From contig CANHQZ010000006.1 in NCBI GenBank assembly GCA_947463125.1, positions 5,243-69,242 of the forward strand: a stretch of DNA of 64,000 nucleotides, given 5' to 3'. Positions 55,491-63,737 of the stretch are shown one piece after another; positions within the stretch are counted from its first letter, which is position 1, and every line of letters starts with the position of its first letter. The position numbers and the translations under genes were made by a program. The stretch is from Flavobacteriales bacterium (lineage in GTDB: Bacteria > Bacteroidota > Bacteroidia > NS11-12g > UBA955). A model generated the notes under the pieces. That model searched no databases, had not been told where the DNA came from, and saw nothing but the letters and a program-made list of their open reading frames with translations.

Positions 55491-55940
55491 ATGATTACAT
55501 TTTATTTAGCCAAAAAAACTTGGGTAATAATTGGGTTGGCGTTGTTCACCTTTTATCCTGAATCATCGCAGGCGCAGCAGTCGGAAAACGCAGCACTTCT
55601 AACTGTGATTCGCCATGCGGATCGAAAATCGAAAATTAAAAAACCGAAATTATACATTAACGGTAAGAAAAAGTGTATCATCCCTGATGCAGGCTATACA
55701 ACTTTTACACTCAATGAAGGCGAACACACGGTTTTTGCAGCGCTGAATAAACCGGTGAAGTCCGGTGAGGAAATTCGCGAAACATCCTTAAGCATAAACG
55801 CCGAACCGCGTCAGCACTATTATGTACTGCTGCTTATCCCCGATATAAAACGCAAAATAGTTTCGGTTACCCCCATCATGGAATCCGGCGCAGCCAGGCT
55901 CATGAAAGATTACAGCAAATGCGATTGCAGTAATCCTTAA
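55491..55940 (+). CDS. DUF2846-like secreted protein (paralog 1)
   Basis: Signal peptide MITFYLAKKTWVIIGLALFTFYPESSQAQ. KLYINGKKKCIIPDAGYTTFTLNEGEHTVFAA fits the DUF2846 pattern (vy-vDGk...l-x-G-x-y-x-x-x-l-x-x-G-x-H) as I recall it. Confidence 0.55.
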   Translation: MITFYLAKKTWVIIGLALFTFYPESSQAQQSENAALLTVIRHADRKSKIKKPKLYINGKKKCIIPDAGYTTFTLNEGEHTVFAALNKPVKSGEEIRETSLSINAEPRQHYYVLLLIPDIKRKIVSVTPIMESGAARLMKDYSKCDCSNP

Positions 55941-55986
55941 AAGCAGTATACATTTAGGGTTTGTGGACTGAACCTATGAATTCATT

Positions 55987-56016
55987 TAACCGTTAAACGG
56001 TTATGATTTTATTTTT
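55987..56016 (+). terminator. Palindrome / weak intrinsic terminator
   Basis: TAACCGTTaAACGGTTA is a perfect 17-nt palindrome (55987-56003), followed by tgattttattttt. Confidence 0.4.
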
Positions 56017-56074
56017 GTAATTACTTGAATTTGTTCACTTTGTTGCGTAAATCCGAGACATTAATCTAAAATTG

Positions 56075-56515
56075 ATGAATTCAAGAACCATGTTTCAAAA
56101 AAGGATTTTGCTATGTTTAGGATTGTCCCTGTGGTTTGTATCATCATTTGGGCAGTCTCCTGCAGCCAGGATTGTTGTATTGAGATCTTCTGAGGACTTT
56201 ATGGGCGATAAACCCGTATGGATTTATGCTGATGGGAAGAAGATTTGCAGTGTAACCGCGGGTCAGCATATTCAATTAAATCAAACTGCTGGGGAACATA
56301 CTTTCTATGTTTCATATTCAGGGAAAAACAAGCTGAAACCAAAGCAAATGGCTGAGGTAGTTTCTGTGGCTTGTGCTGCAGAAAAAACCACCTACCTGCT
56401 CATTGTAAGTAATCCGGCCAATAAAAAACCGGTTTCCTGTGCCGCTATTGTGGAAGACAGTGCTGAAAAATTGCTGCTCAACAGCCGTAAACACGATTGT
56501 ATCATTAAAGATTAA
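56075..56515 (+). CDS. DUF2846-like secreted protein (paralog 2)
   Basis: Signal peptide MNSRTMFQKRILLCLGLSLWFVSSFGQ. VWIYADGKKICSVTAGQHIQLNQTAGEHTFYVS is parallel to the 55491-55940 product. Confidence 0.55.
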   Translation: MNSRTMFQKRILLCLGLSLWFVSSFGQSPAARIVVLRSSEDFMGDKPVWIYADGKKICSVTAGQHIQLNQTAGEHTFYVSYSGKNKLKPKQMAEVVSVACAAEKTTYLLIVSNPANKKPVSCAAIVEDSAEKLLLNSRKHDCIIKD

Positions 56516-56592
56516 TTGGTTCTGAGGGCACTGCTTCAGATGCTTCAACTGTAAGCCGTAATTTATTGTTTTCCTCTGTTCAGGTCTTTATT

Positions 56593-56609
56593 TGTCAACC
56601 TTGACAAAA
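56593..56609. repeat. Copy 1 of palindromic 17-mer TGTCAACCTTGACAAAA
   Basis: The core TGTCAA-CC-TTGACA is a 6-2-6 inverted repeat. An identical 17-mer recurs at 59469-59485. It lies 113 nt upstream of the amidotransferase ATG. Confidence 0.7.
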
Positions 56610-56646
56610 CAGCCCGCATGGCAACGTACGGGCTGAACTTTGTTTT
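56610..56646 (+). terminator. Hairpin with T-rich tail (probable terminator of the DUF2846 gene)
   Basis: CAGCCCG-catggcaacgta-CGGGCTG, followed by aactttgttttgtt. Confidence 0.5.
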
Positions 56647-56721
56647 GTTAAAAGTGAAATGTATGGCCCCGCAAAGCCCTTCACTGCCAATTAAATGATT
56701 AAACTAATAATACAATTATCC

Positions 56722-57525
56722 ATGTGCGAACTACTTGCCCTTCAATTCAACCAAAACATTCATCCCCGTTTTTCACTGCAGGGGTTTCAGCAACGTGCCC
56801 AAATCCACCGCCACGGCTGGGGACTGGCGTGGTTTCCCGATGGGGAAGCCCAGATTATCAAGGAAGCCCGCAGTGCTTTGCAAAGCAGTCTTTTTGAGGC
56901 TGTTTACGATGGTCCCTGGGTGAAAAGCAAAAACGTAATTTCACACCTGCGCTATGCCACCCATGGCAGCCATGTGCAGCAAAACACGCATCCCTTTATG
57001 CGCTACTATCAGGGTAAAAGTATTGTTTTTGCCCACAATGGAGTGCTGAGCAACCATGAATCGCTTCCCCTGTCGGGATACAAGCCTGCCGGACAAACCG
57101 ATTCCGAACATGCATTTTGCCATTTACTTGGAGAAATGAAAAGGCAGAAACTGCAATTCGACAAAGCTGCGCATTATCCAAAAATTCAGGCCATACTGCA
57201 GAACATTAACAAACTGGGCAAATTCAACTGCCTCATCAGCGATGGTGTGCGCATGATTGTTTATCATACAGCTACTCCCGGCGCATCCCTGCATTACACC
57301 GTACGAAAGGCTCCTTTTAACCATGTGCGGCTTGCAGATCTGGATGTGACACTGAATCTGGAGGATGAAAAAAGTCCCGGCACCAGGGGTGTCGTTATTG
57401 CCACGGCCGCGATTACCGAAAACGAAGAATGGCACCCGCTGCCCAAAGGCAAAATGTTGGTTTTTAACAATGGAGATTGTATTTTTGGAAAAATACGTTC
57501 TCATGATACCCCGCCCCGTCTTTAA
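56722..57525 (+). CDS. Class-II (Ntn-type) glutamine amidotransferase, YafJ-like
   Basis: Met-Cys start (MCELLALQF) provides the N-terminal nucleophile Cys. HLRYATHG, NTHPF and FAHNG blocks are present. Confidence 0.75.
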   Translation: MCELLALQFNQNIHPRFSLQGFQQRAQIHRHGWGLAWFPDGEAQIIKEARSALQSSLFEAVYDGPWVKSKNVISHLRYATHGSHVQQNTHPFMRYYQGKSIVFAHNGVLSNHESLPLSGYKPAGQTDSEHAFCHLLGEMKRQKLQFDKAAHYPKIQAILQNINKLGKFNCLISDGVRMIVYHTATPGASLHYTVRKAPFNHVRLADLDVTLNLEDEKSPGTRGVVIATAAITENEEWHPLPKGKMLVFNNGDCIFGKIRSHDTPPRL

Positions 57526-58750
57526 AAATGTTTCTGAAAGACTCAACTTTTTATTTCCTCCCGACAGCTTTGTCTACATCAACCTAAGTGCCGGATCATC
57601 AGGCCGGTTGCCTTCGGCCAGGCGCTTCTCCCTGTGTGAACAGCTGGAGCAGCGGGGCATGTCGCTGGCATTTCCACCCAATCTGGATAACGATACACTG
57701 GATTTGTCCAAGACGGATGAAGATTACTGGACCTACCACTTTCCGGGATTAAAACACCTGCACCGCCGCAAACAGGGAATTCTGGTGGGAGAGCTGCTGC
57801 ATGGCGTTGATTTGAAGATGGCCGGGCTACTTATACTGCGCAAACTGAATATTCCGGCCGATAAGGAGCATTATCTGCTGTATTTCGGGCGCAGCGGGGC
57901 CTGGTGTTGCACCGAACCGGAATTCCAGACGGAGGTAAACATGACCAACCTGATGATTCATGTTTCGCATACCGGCATCATTCCATGGATTTACACAGAA
58001 CCGGTTGCGAACTATAAGCCTGCTGCAAACTATAGCAGCAGCATGGAAGAACCGGCGAAGGCTTCACAAGGATTTGATTATACCGGCACAAGATTCAAGC
58101 TGTTGCAGCTGTTTGGCAGACAATTCAGGCAAATCCAGGAAGATGACCCCGACTTTGAAAAATGGGATGATCAGGCGCTGCTTCAGGATCCGGATGTGCT
58201 GAATACCCTGCGGGCGCTGCAGCAAACAGAAACAGAGAAGGGGTTTTTCAAAATCATACGCGGGCTGCTGCAGGAAGTTTATGAAGATATGCCGCATGCT
58301 GCAAGGATGCTTATGCCCGGACTGGCCGATGTAATCCTTGAATCCAAACAAAGGCCGTTTCGCCTGAGCATTAACACCTATCACAACCGCATCGATTTTC
58401 CTGAGGTGGATGTGTATGTGCCGCTCCAACCGCTCGACTTTGCGCTGTATCGACTGTTTTTTAACCACCCAAAGGGTTTCAGGCTAAGCGAACGCCAGCG
58501 TTACCTGGATGAAATGCGCACCATCTACCGCGGTGTAACCGGTAATAACGATGACCAGATCAATGCTGTACTCGAGCCTATGTTTGTTTTGTCGAAAGAC
58601 AACGGCAGCATGAACCAGGCTATATCCCGAATAAAAGCAAGGTTCCGCTCCCAGATGAGTGAATGGAACATACAGCCATACATCATTTCCGGGGCGCGGA
58701 ACCAGCCCTATCGCATCGCCTGCGACAGGAATTTTATGTTAATGGGTTAA
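57503..58750 (+). CDS. Orphan protein (about 415 aa), C-terminal region possibly HTH/winged-helix-like
   Basis: The start is uncertain. ATG 57503 overlaps the amidotransferase end by 23 nt, and ATG 57470 is also possible. C-terminus LQPLDFALYRLFFNHPKGFRLSE...MNQAISRIKARFRSQM...YIISGARNQPYRIACDR resembles a Bacteroides DNA-binding-like tail from memory. Not verified. Confidence 0.45.
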   Translation: MIPRPVFKNVSERLNFLFPPDSFVYINLSAGSSGRLPSARRFSLCEQLEQRGMSLAFPPNLDNDTLDLSKTDEDYWTYHFPGLKHLHRRKQGILVGELLHGVDLKMAGLLILRKLNIPADKEHYLLYFGRSGAWCCTEPEFQTEVNMTNLMIHVSHTGIIPWIYTEPVANYKPAANYSSSMEEPAKASQGFDYTGTRFKLLQLFGRQFRQIQEDDPDFEKWDDQALLQDPDVLNTLRALQQTETEKGFFKIIRGLLQEVYEDMPHAARMLMPGLADVILESKQRPFRLSINTYHNRIDFPEVDVYVPLQPLDFALYRLFFNHPKGFRLSERQRYLDEMRTIYRGVTGNNDDQINAVLEPMFVLSKDNGSMNQAISRIKARFRSQMSEWNIQPYIISGARNQPYRIACDRNFMLMG

Positions 58751-59386
58751 TTACGGTTTTTTGATCCGGCTCAGGAAGGCCATTTTTCTGTTGAACGCAT
58801 CATCGTTGTAGTCGTCCATCATGGATTTCATGCCGGCACTGCTCTTGCTGAAATTGTAGTGGTTTTTGATGTTCAGCTCTTCGGCGGCGCGCCACACATC
58901 ATGGTCGGCGCCATAATAGGTAAATTCCCAGCCTTTTCCTTCACATTCTGTAATATACTGGCGTATTCCGGCAGTGGTCCATTCACGGCTGCAGTTTTCC
59001 GCGCCATCGGTCAATATGAAGACACTCACGCGGGTGTTGTCTGCCGCCAGGTTTTTTACAAACAGGTAGTTTTCCAGTTTTTTCAGCGCTCCGCCAATGG
59101 CATCGTTCAGGGGCGTGCCACCCATGGGCCTGTATTCCGGTGCTTCTCCGTTCCAGCGCTGCACTTCCTGAAAAATCAGACGTTCGCTGAAGCGGTGATC
59201 GGCAAAAGTCCACAGGTTTACGAACTGCTGCAGCTCGGGCATGTCAGCCTGTTCCTGTTTGATTTTTTCAAGCAATCCGGTAAACGTTTCACGGGTGCTT
59301 TGGGTCATGGAAGCCATGGAACCGCTCTCGTCAATAATAAAAAGGTTTACGGCGTTTGCGATTTGGGTGTTTTGAGGATTTGTCAT
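58751..59386 (-). CDS. von Willebrand factor type A (vWA) domain protein
   Basis: MIDAS motif LFIIDESGSMASM, later TPLNDAI and ILTDGAEN. 211 aa. The stop abuts the convergent gene stop (TAATTA). Confidence 0.75.
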   Translation of the reverse strand: MTNPQNTQIANAVNLFIIDESGSMASMTQSTRETFTGLLEKIKQEQADMPELQQFVNLWTFADHRFSERLIFQEVQRWNGEAPEYRPMGGTPLNDAIGGALKKLENYLFVKNLAADNTRVSVFILTDGAENCSREWTTAGIRQYITECEGKGWEFTYYGADHDVWRAAEELNIKNHYNFSKSSAGMKSMMDDYNDDAFNRKMAFLSRIKKP

Positions 59387-59468
59387 GGTGTTTTGGATGT
59401 TTAAAAGGTGAATAAAAAATTTGAATTGAGCACAAATATTCAGCGGTGCACCCTGCCTGGCGCTGTTC

Positions 59469-59485
59469 TGTCAACCTTGACAAAA
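59469..59485. repeat. Copy 2 of palindromic 17-mer TGTCAACCTTGACAAAA
   Basis: Identical to 56593-56609. Here the symmetry extends to CTGTTcTGTCAAccTTGACAaaAACAG (59464-59489). It lies 83 nt upstream of the vWA start and 97 nt downstream of the response-regulator stop. Confidence 0.7.
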
Positions 59486-59581
59486 ACAGGCATTTTTTGA
59501 AAATAGATCTAAATTATGTGTGCATACCTGCACGCGCGCGTTCCTGTTGATTAGCACTGCATGCTATCAAAGTTGGCCGGC

Positions 59582-60199
59582 TCAGCCTTTGGTATGCCAA
59601 AACAAATACCTGCGCGCAATTTCTTCCATCGTACAGGCATTTTTCTCCATCAGTTTCATGCGTTGATTCCGAATGGTGTATTTTGATTTTTTGGTCTCCT
59701 GAGATAGCTGCACGGTGGTTTTCCCTTCAATCTGTGCCAGTATTACAAACTCTTCGGAGGGGGTAAACAGCACCCTGGGGGTTTCTTCCGAAATACGGCT
59801 TTTTGTATGGTTAATGTTGTTGCAAACCGCGCATCGGAAATGTTGGTTGTTTATCAGGCTTTTCACACCCTGCTTCAGGTCCTCCATGTCCGAAGATTTG
59901 GCTACAACCACCCTTGCCTTGTATTGGTTGCAATGGTCGATGATGGTTGGGTTGATGAAACTGGAGAAAACCATGAATGGAATCTTCTTTTCATGGCATG
60001 CCTCAAGCAGTTCCAGCTGTTTGTAATCGCCAATCTGAATATCGGAAATAACCCAATCCGGCGAAGCCCGGTTTATGCTCTCCAATGCGCTTTCCCACGC
60101 GGTAAAAAGTTCTATTTCTATGTTGTTTGCAATTTCCTTTATGATGATTTCCAGCAAGTGAGCAATGCCGGGGTGGTCTTCCAGAATGAGTATTTTCAT
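59582..60199 (-). CDS. Two-component response regulator, receiver + LuxR/GerE-type HTH
   Basis: MKILILEDHPGIAHLL, acceptor Asp in WVISDIQIGD, and C-terminal HTH (TTVQLSQETKKSKYTIRNQRMKLMEK). Confidence 0.8.
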   Translation of the reverse strand: MKILILEDHPGIAHLLEIIIKEIANNIEIELFTAWESALESINRASPDWVISDIQIGDYKQLELLEACHEKKIPFMVFSSFINPTIIDHCNQYKARVVVAKSSDMEDLKQGVKSLINNQHFRCAVCNNINHTKSRISEETPRVLFTPSEEFVILAQIEGKTTVQLSQETKKSKYTIRNQRMKLMEKNACTMEEIARRYLFWHTKG

Positions 60200-60963
60200 T
60201 TGTTCTGTTGAATGGGGAAGGTAATATTTTCCTTGTAAAAACCATCGGCGTATTCTGTTTGAACGCGTGCCTTGAGCAGATTCAGCCTTTCGCGGATGGT
60301 TGAAATTCCGCGGCCCTCTCTGCCGGGTTTCAGGGTTTTGTTTTTGTCCGTATGCCCGATTGGATAGGAGATAGATAACAATACCTCGTTATCATCGGTG
60401 TTTTCAAACAGGCTTATAAATATTTTGGGTGGTTTTGCATGCGCTGCAATATTGGATATTTTTTCCTGCACGAGCCTGTATAGTTGATGCATGCTCTCTT
60501 GTGCGTGCTGGTTTTCAAATTCAATATCCATGATAATTTCGGTGGCAGATGTGCTCATGTCAGCGGCCAGCCGCAGAAACCCCTCTTTGATATTGCCCGA
60601 CATGAGTTCCTTCGGGTAAATGTATTCAACCAGGTATCTCAGGTCATCGTGAAACCGGTTTAAATCTGAAATGCCCTGCGAAATATGGTTATGCATAAGG
60701 GGGGCACTCGCGTTGTTCAGACTGTCATGCAGTTCGCTTTTAATTTTAAGCAGTTTACCCGCTACAAAATCATGCAAGTCGTTGGCTATGCGCTTTCTTT
60801 CAGTTTCAATTTTCTCCAATTCCCGAATTTTATACCTTCGGAAAATTCGTTTGTATCTCTTGATATAAAAATAAGAAATCAACAGCGTGCCTCCCAGCAT
60901 CAGTGCACCGGGCAGCAAAAGGAAAAAGATTTCACTTAATAATATGTCGCCGGAATTTAACAT
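60196..60963 (-). CDS. Histidine kinase (HisKA_3 / NarL-partner type)
   Basis: One TM (IFFLLLPGALMLGGTLLISYFYI), H-box RIANDLHDFVAGKL, and an ATPase lid with GREGRGISTIRERL. 4-nt overlap with the regulator gene. Confidence 0.8.
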   Translation of the reverse strand: MLNSGDILLSEIFFLLLPGALMLGGTLLISYFYIKRYKRIFRRYKIRELEKIETERKRIANDLHDFVAGKLLKIKSELHDSLNNASAPLMHNHISQGISDLNRFHDDLRYLVEYIYPKELMSGNIKEGFLRLAADMSTSATEIIMDIEFENQHAQESMHQLYRLVQEKISNIAAHAKPPKIFISLFENTDDNEVLLSISYPIGHTDKNKTLKPGREGRGISTIRERLNLLKARVQTEYADGFYKENITFPIQQNK

Positions 60964-61540
60964 TGATGAGAATTAAAGTTGAAAACATTATAAGCCAAAA
61001 TACAATCATTATTTTACTTACCAGCAAAGATTCATACCAGTTGATTTTTGTATTTATCATCAAATTCACTATAGATTGATGATACAATCCCAAAAATATT
61101 AAAATGTCAATTATGTTAATAAGTTGAAGTGATCGCCGATTAGCCGTTTTGATCAGCAGTAGCAATATGCCGGCCATGCATAACGTAAAGTTGATATTAA
61201 AAAACAATATGTTGTCTAACAAATAAAACAATACTGCCATTCCTGTTAAAAAGCCAAAAATGTATTTAATGTAATGGTCGGTTAATCTTGCAATGATGGT
61301 TATTGAAAGGCATAGTGGGAAGAACATGTTGTACAGAAACTCAATGGCAGAATCATCATTATCGCTAAAGATAAAACCTAAATTGGGGTCATTTTTTTGA
61401 GAAAACAAAAATTCAAAAATCAGGCTTGTATAGAGATACAGGTGAACGGTTGATGTGGAGCGATGCATTCCATTTTTTAAAAGATTCCTTACCCCTGAAA
61501 AAACAGTAAACAGTAAAAGAGCGAAATAACCGTATGTCAA
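60932..61540 (-). CDS. Polytopic membrane protein (about 6 TM), possible detached sensor module of the downstream kinase
   Basis: 202 aa, almost entirely hydrophobic. The 3' end overlaps the kinase start by 32 nt in a different frame. Confidence 0.5.
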   Translation of the reverse strand: MTYGYFALLLFTVFSGVRNLLKNGMHRSTSTVHLYLYTSLIFEFLFSQKNDPNLGFIFSDNDDSAIEFLYNMFFPLCLSITIIARLTDHYIKYIFGFLTGMAVLFYLLDNILFFNINFTLCMAGILLLLIKTANRRSLQLINIIDILIFLGLYHQSIVNLMINTKINWYESLLVSKIMIVFWLIMFSTLILINVKFRRHIIK

Positions 61541-61558
61541 TGGATAAAACGGACAGGA

Positions 61559-61861
61559 TTAAAGCAACGGAGAATTTTGAGAACAATTTATAGGGCAATT
61601 TTCAGTCCTGTTCATGATTTTCCCGGAAGTCATGTCATTGCCATTGCTGTCCACACCTACAATCACCAGGGTTAATTCACCAGCTGCATTTTTGGCAAAG
61701 TAAGCTCTTACCGCTTCACAACCGTGCTGGTTTATGATTTCCAGGTAGGCATCGGCAGAAATTTTGGCTGCCACGGTCTGGCCGGTAAACAAGGTATCGC
61801 TTTGGTATGCATGGGTCATGGTTATGGCTTCGGCGAGGGTTATTTCGTGTGGGTTGCTCAT
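61559..61861 (-). CDS. Orphan 100-aa protein, first gene of the two-component operon
   Basis: ATG 61861 (MSNPHEITLAEAITMTHAYQ...) is preferred over TTG 61879. No motif recognised. Confidence 0.4.
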   Translation of the reverse strand: MSNPHEITLAEAITMTHAYQSDTLFTGQTVAAKISADAYLEIINQHGCEAVRAYFAKNAAGELTLVIVGVDSNGNDMTSGKIMNRTENCPINCSQNSPLL

Positions 61862-62025
61862 GCCTGCAATGATACCCAATTTTAGTTATTTGTTACTACT
61901 TGAGAAGAAAAACATGGTTTTAATTTCGCAGGAGTGAATTCATTGTAAAAAAATAAACATAAATCTATTGTCGGTTATTTTTCACTTCGCGAATAGGTTG
62001 CGTTTACCTCTTGAAAATTTGCCTT

Positions 62026-63687
62026 ATGGAATCAAACAGCCCGATTTTGGAACATTTCTCCACCCTGGCAGATTGCTTTGCTGCCGTATACCGAAAAACG
62101 GTTTCCGGAAAAACGGATGCCCACTCCGAAAAAAAGGACAATGAACTGGAAGGCTATGCCAAAAGCCTGAATATGACCCGCGATGAGCTGGTGGTTTTTG
62201 CCTTGATTTTTCACCATCAGTTCCGCATCAAGCCCATAGAGGAAAACCGACTGTATGAGCTTGCAGAAAGGCTTATGGGCAATCGCGGAGATGCATTTGA
62301 CGTGGTGTACAGTTTCAAGCGCCTGAAAGTAGTTTCCGAGGCGGACCATCCCATGTCGGAGCCCAAGATTGTGCTGCAACGTGCGGTGTGGTCGGCTGCC
62401 CGCAAAAATGATATAAGATTTATACGCGAACTCAAGCCTATTGGGGTATTGCGCATGATGGAGTATTTTCGTTTCAACCTGCTGGACCATGATTTTTTGA
62501 ACGAGCACGAACTTCACGACGAACTTGAATTTCTCTTTGCCGTGAATGAAAATCTCACACTGGTCAAAAAAATGCGCAGCAGCCTGAATGTGTTGCATCG
62601 GTTTGTGCTCTGTGCCATTGTAGCCCGTTTTCTGATTGAAAACAGGCCGTTTGAACTGCGCTATATCGAACGGTTTGTCCGCGCCGGCGCCGGATTTGCT
62701 TCCCTAAAGCAGCAGATTGCCTCCAATGCATGGGGTCCTATAAAGGCAGGGCTGGTGCAGCATGCAGGCAGTGCCCTGATGAACGATGATATGGAGCTGG
62801 AGCTTACCACCAAAGGCATTGAAACGCTGTTGCCAGAAATTACGGCAGAATTGGAGGAAAGCCTGAAGGAACGCTTCAAAACGCTGCCGCCCAATGCCAT
62901 TGATCCCAAGAAGATTAAACCGGCAACCCTGTTATTTAACCCGGATGTGGAAGGACAGGTGCGCGATTTGCACCGCCTGATTAAACCCACCAAGTTCAAA
63001 GAGTTCAAGCGCAAAATGCCTGCGCAGGGACGCATGACAGGTCTTACCATTCTTTTTTACGGGGCCCCCGGAACAGGAAAAACCGAACTGGCACTGCAGC
63101 TTGCAAAGCAAACAGGGCGCGCGGTTTTCAGGCTGGATGTAACCCACATCATGAGCAAATGGGTAGGTGATTCTGAAAAGAACCTGAAGTCATTTTTCCA
63201 CGACTACGGCAGGGCGCTGCAATACATCAGCCCCGAGCCCATCCTGCTGCTGAATGAGTGCGATGGCCTGCTGACACGCCGTATGGCAGTCAATTCATCC
63301 GTAGATCAGATGAACAATGCACTGCAAAATATATTGCTGGAAGCACTGGAGAATTTTGACGGCATCCTCATTGCCACCACCAACATGACCCGCAACTTAG
63401 ATGATGCATTTGAACGCCGTTTCTTGTATAAAATTCAGTTTGAATTGCCTGAAACGGCCGTGGCCGTGAAGTTGTGGAAACAGGCTGTACCAACCCTACA
63501 ACAAAATGAGGCAGAGCAGCTGTCAATCCGCTACAGGCTGAGTGCAGCCGAGATTTACAACATTGCCCGCAAACTGGCTGTACAGTCATTGCTGAATCAG
63601 CGTACCCAGGAGTTTGAACTTATCCGCCGCTTGTGTGATTCCGAAAAATGGAACCACCAAAGCACGCATTCGCTGGGCTTTTCATAA
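62026..63687 (+). CDS. AAA+ ATPase with orphan about 330-aa N-terminal domain
   Basis: Walker A ILFYGAPGTGKTELA, Walker B PILLLNECDGLL, sensor-1 IATTN and Arg finger DDAFERRF (classic-clade AAA). The N-terminal two-thirds are unassigned. Confidence 0.8.
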   Translation: MESNSPILEHFSTLADCFAAVYRKTVSGKTDAHSEKKDNELEGYAKSLNMTRDELVVFALIFHHQFRIKPIEENRLYELAERLMGNRGDAFDVVYSFKRLKVVSEADHPMSEPKIVLQRAVWSAARKNDIRFIRELKPIGVLRMMEYFRFNLLDHDFLNEHELHDELEFLFAVNENLTLVKKMRSSLNVLHRFVLCAIVARFLIENRPFELRYIERFVRAGAGFASLKQQIASNAWGPIKAGLVQHAGSALMNDDMELELTTKGIETLLPEITAELEESLKERFKTLPPNAIDPKKIKPATLLFNPDVEGQVRDLHRLIKPTKFKEFKRKMPAQGRMTGLTILFYGAPGTGKTELALQLAKQTGRAVFRLDVTHIMSKWVGDSEKNLKSFFHDYGRALQYISPEPILLLNECDGLLTRRMAVNSSVDQMNNALQNILLEALENFDGILIATTNMTRNLDDAFERRFLYKIQFELPETAVAVKLWKQAVPTLQQNEAEQLSIRYRLSAAEIYNIARKLAVQSLLNQRTQEFELIRRLCDSEKWNHQSTHSLGFS

Positions 63688-63737
63688 ACCTGCACTCGGT
63701 TTGGTATTCCGTGCATTAACATGCAAATTTGCACTGA

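Noticed and set aside
58859-59404. 181-aa plus-strand ORF antisense to the vWA gene, and the 188-aa minus ORF at 62032-62598 antisense to the AAA+ gene
   Set aside because: The sense ORFs carry MIDAS and Walker motifs. The antisense translations have none.
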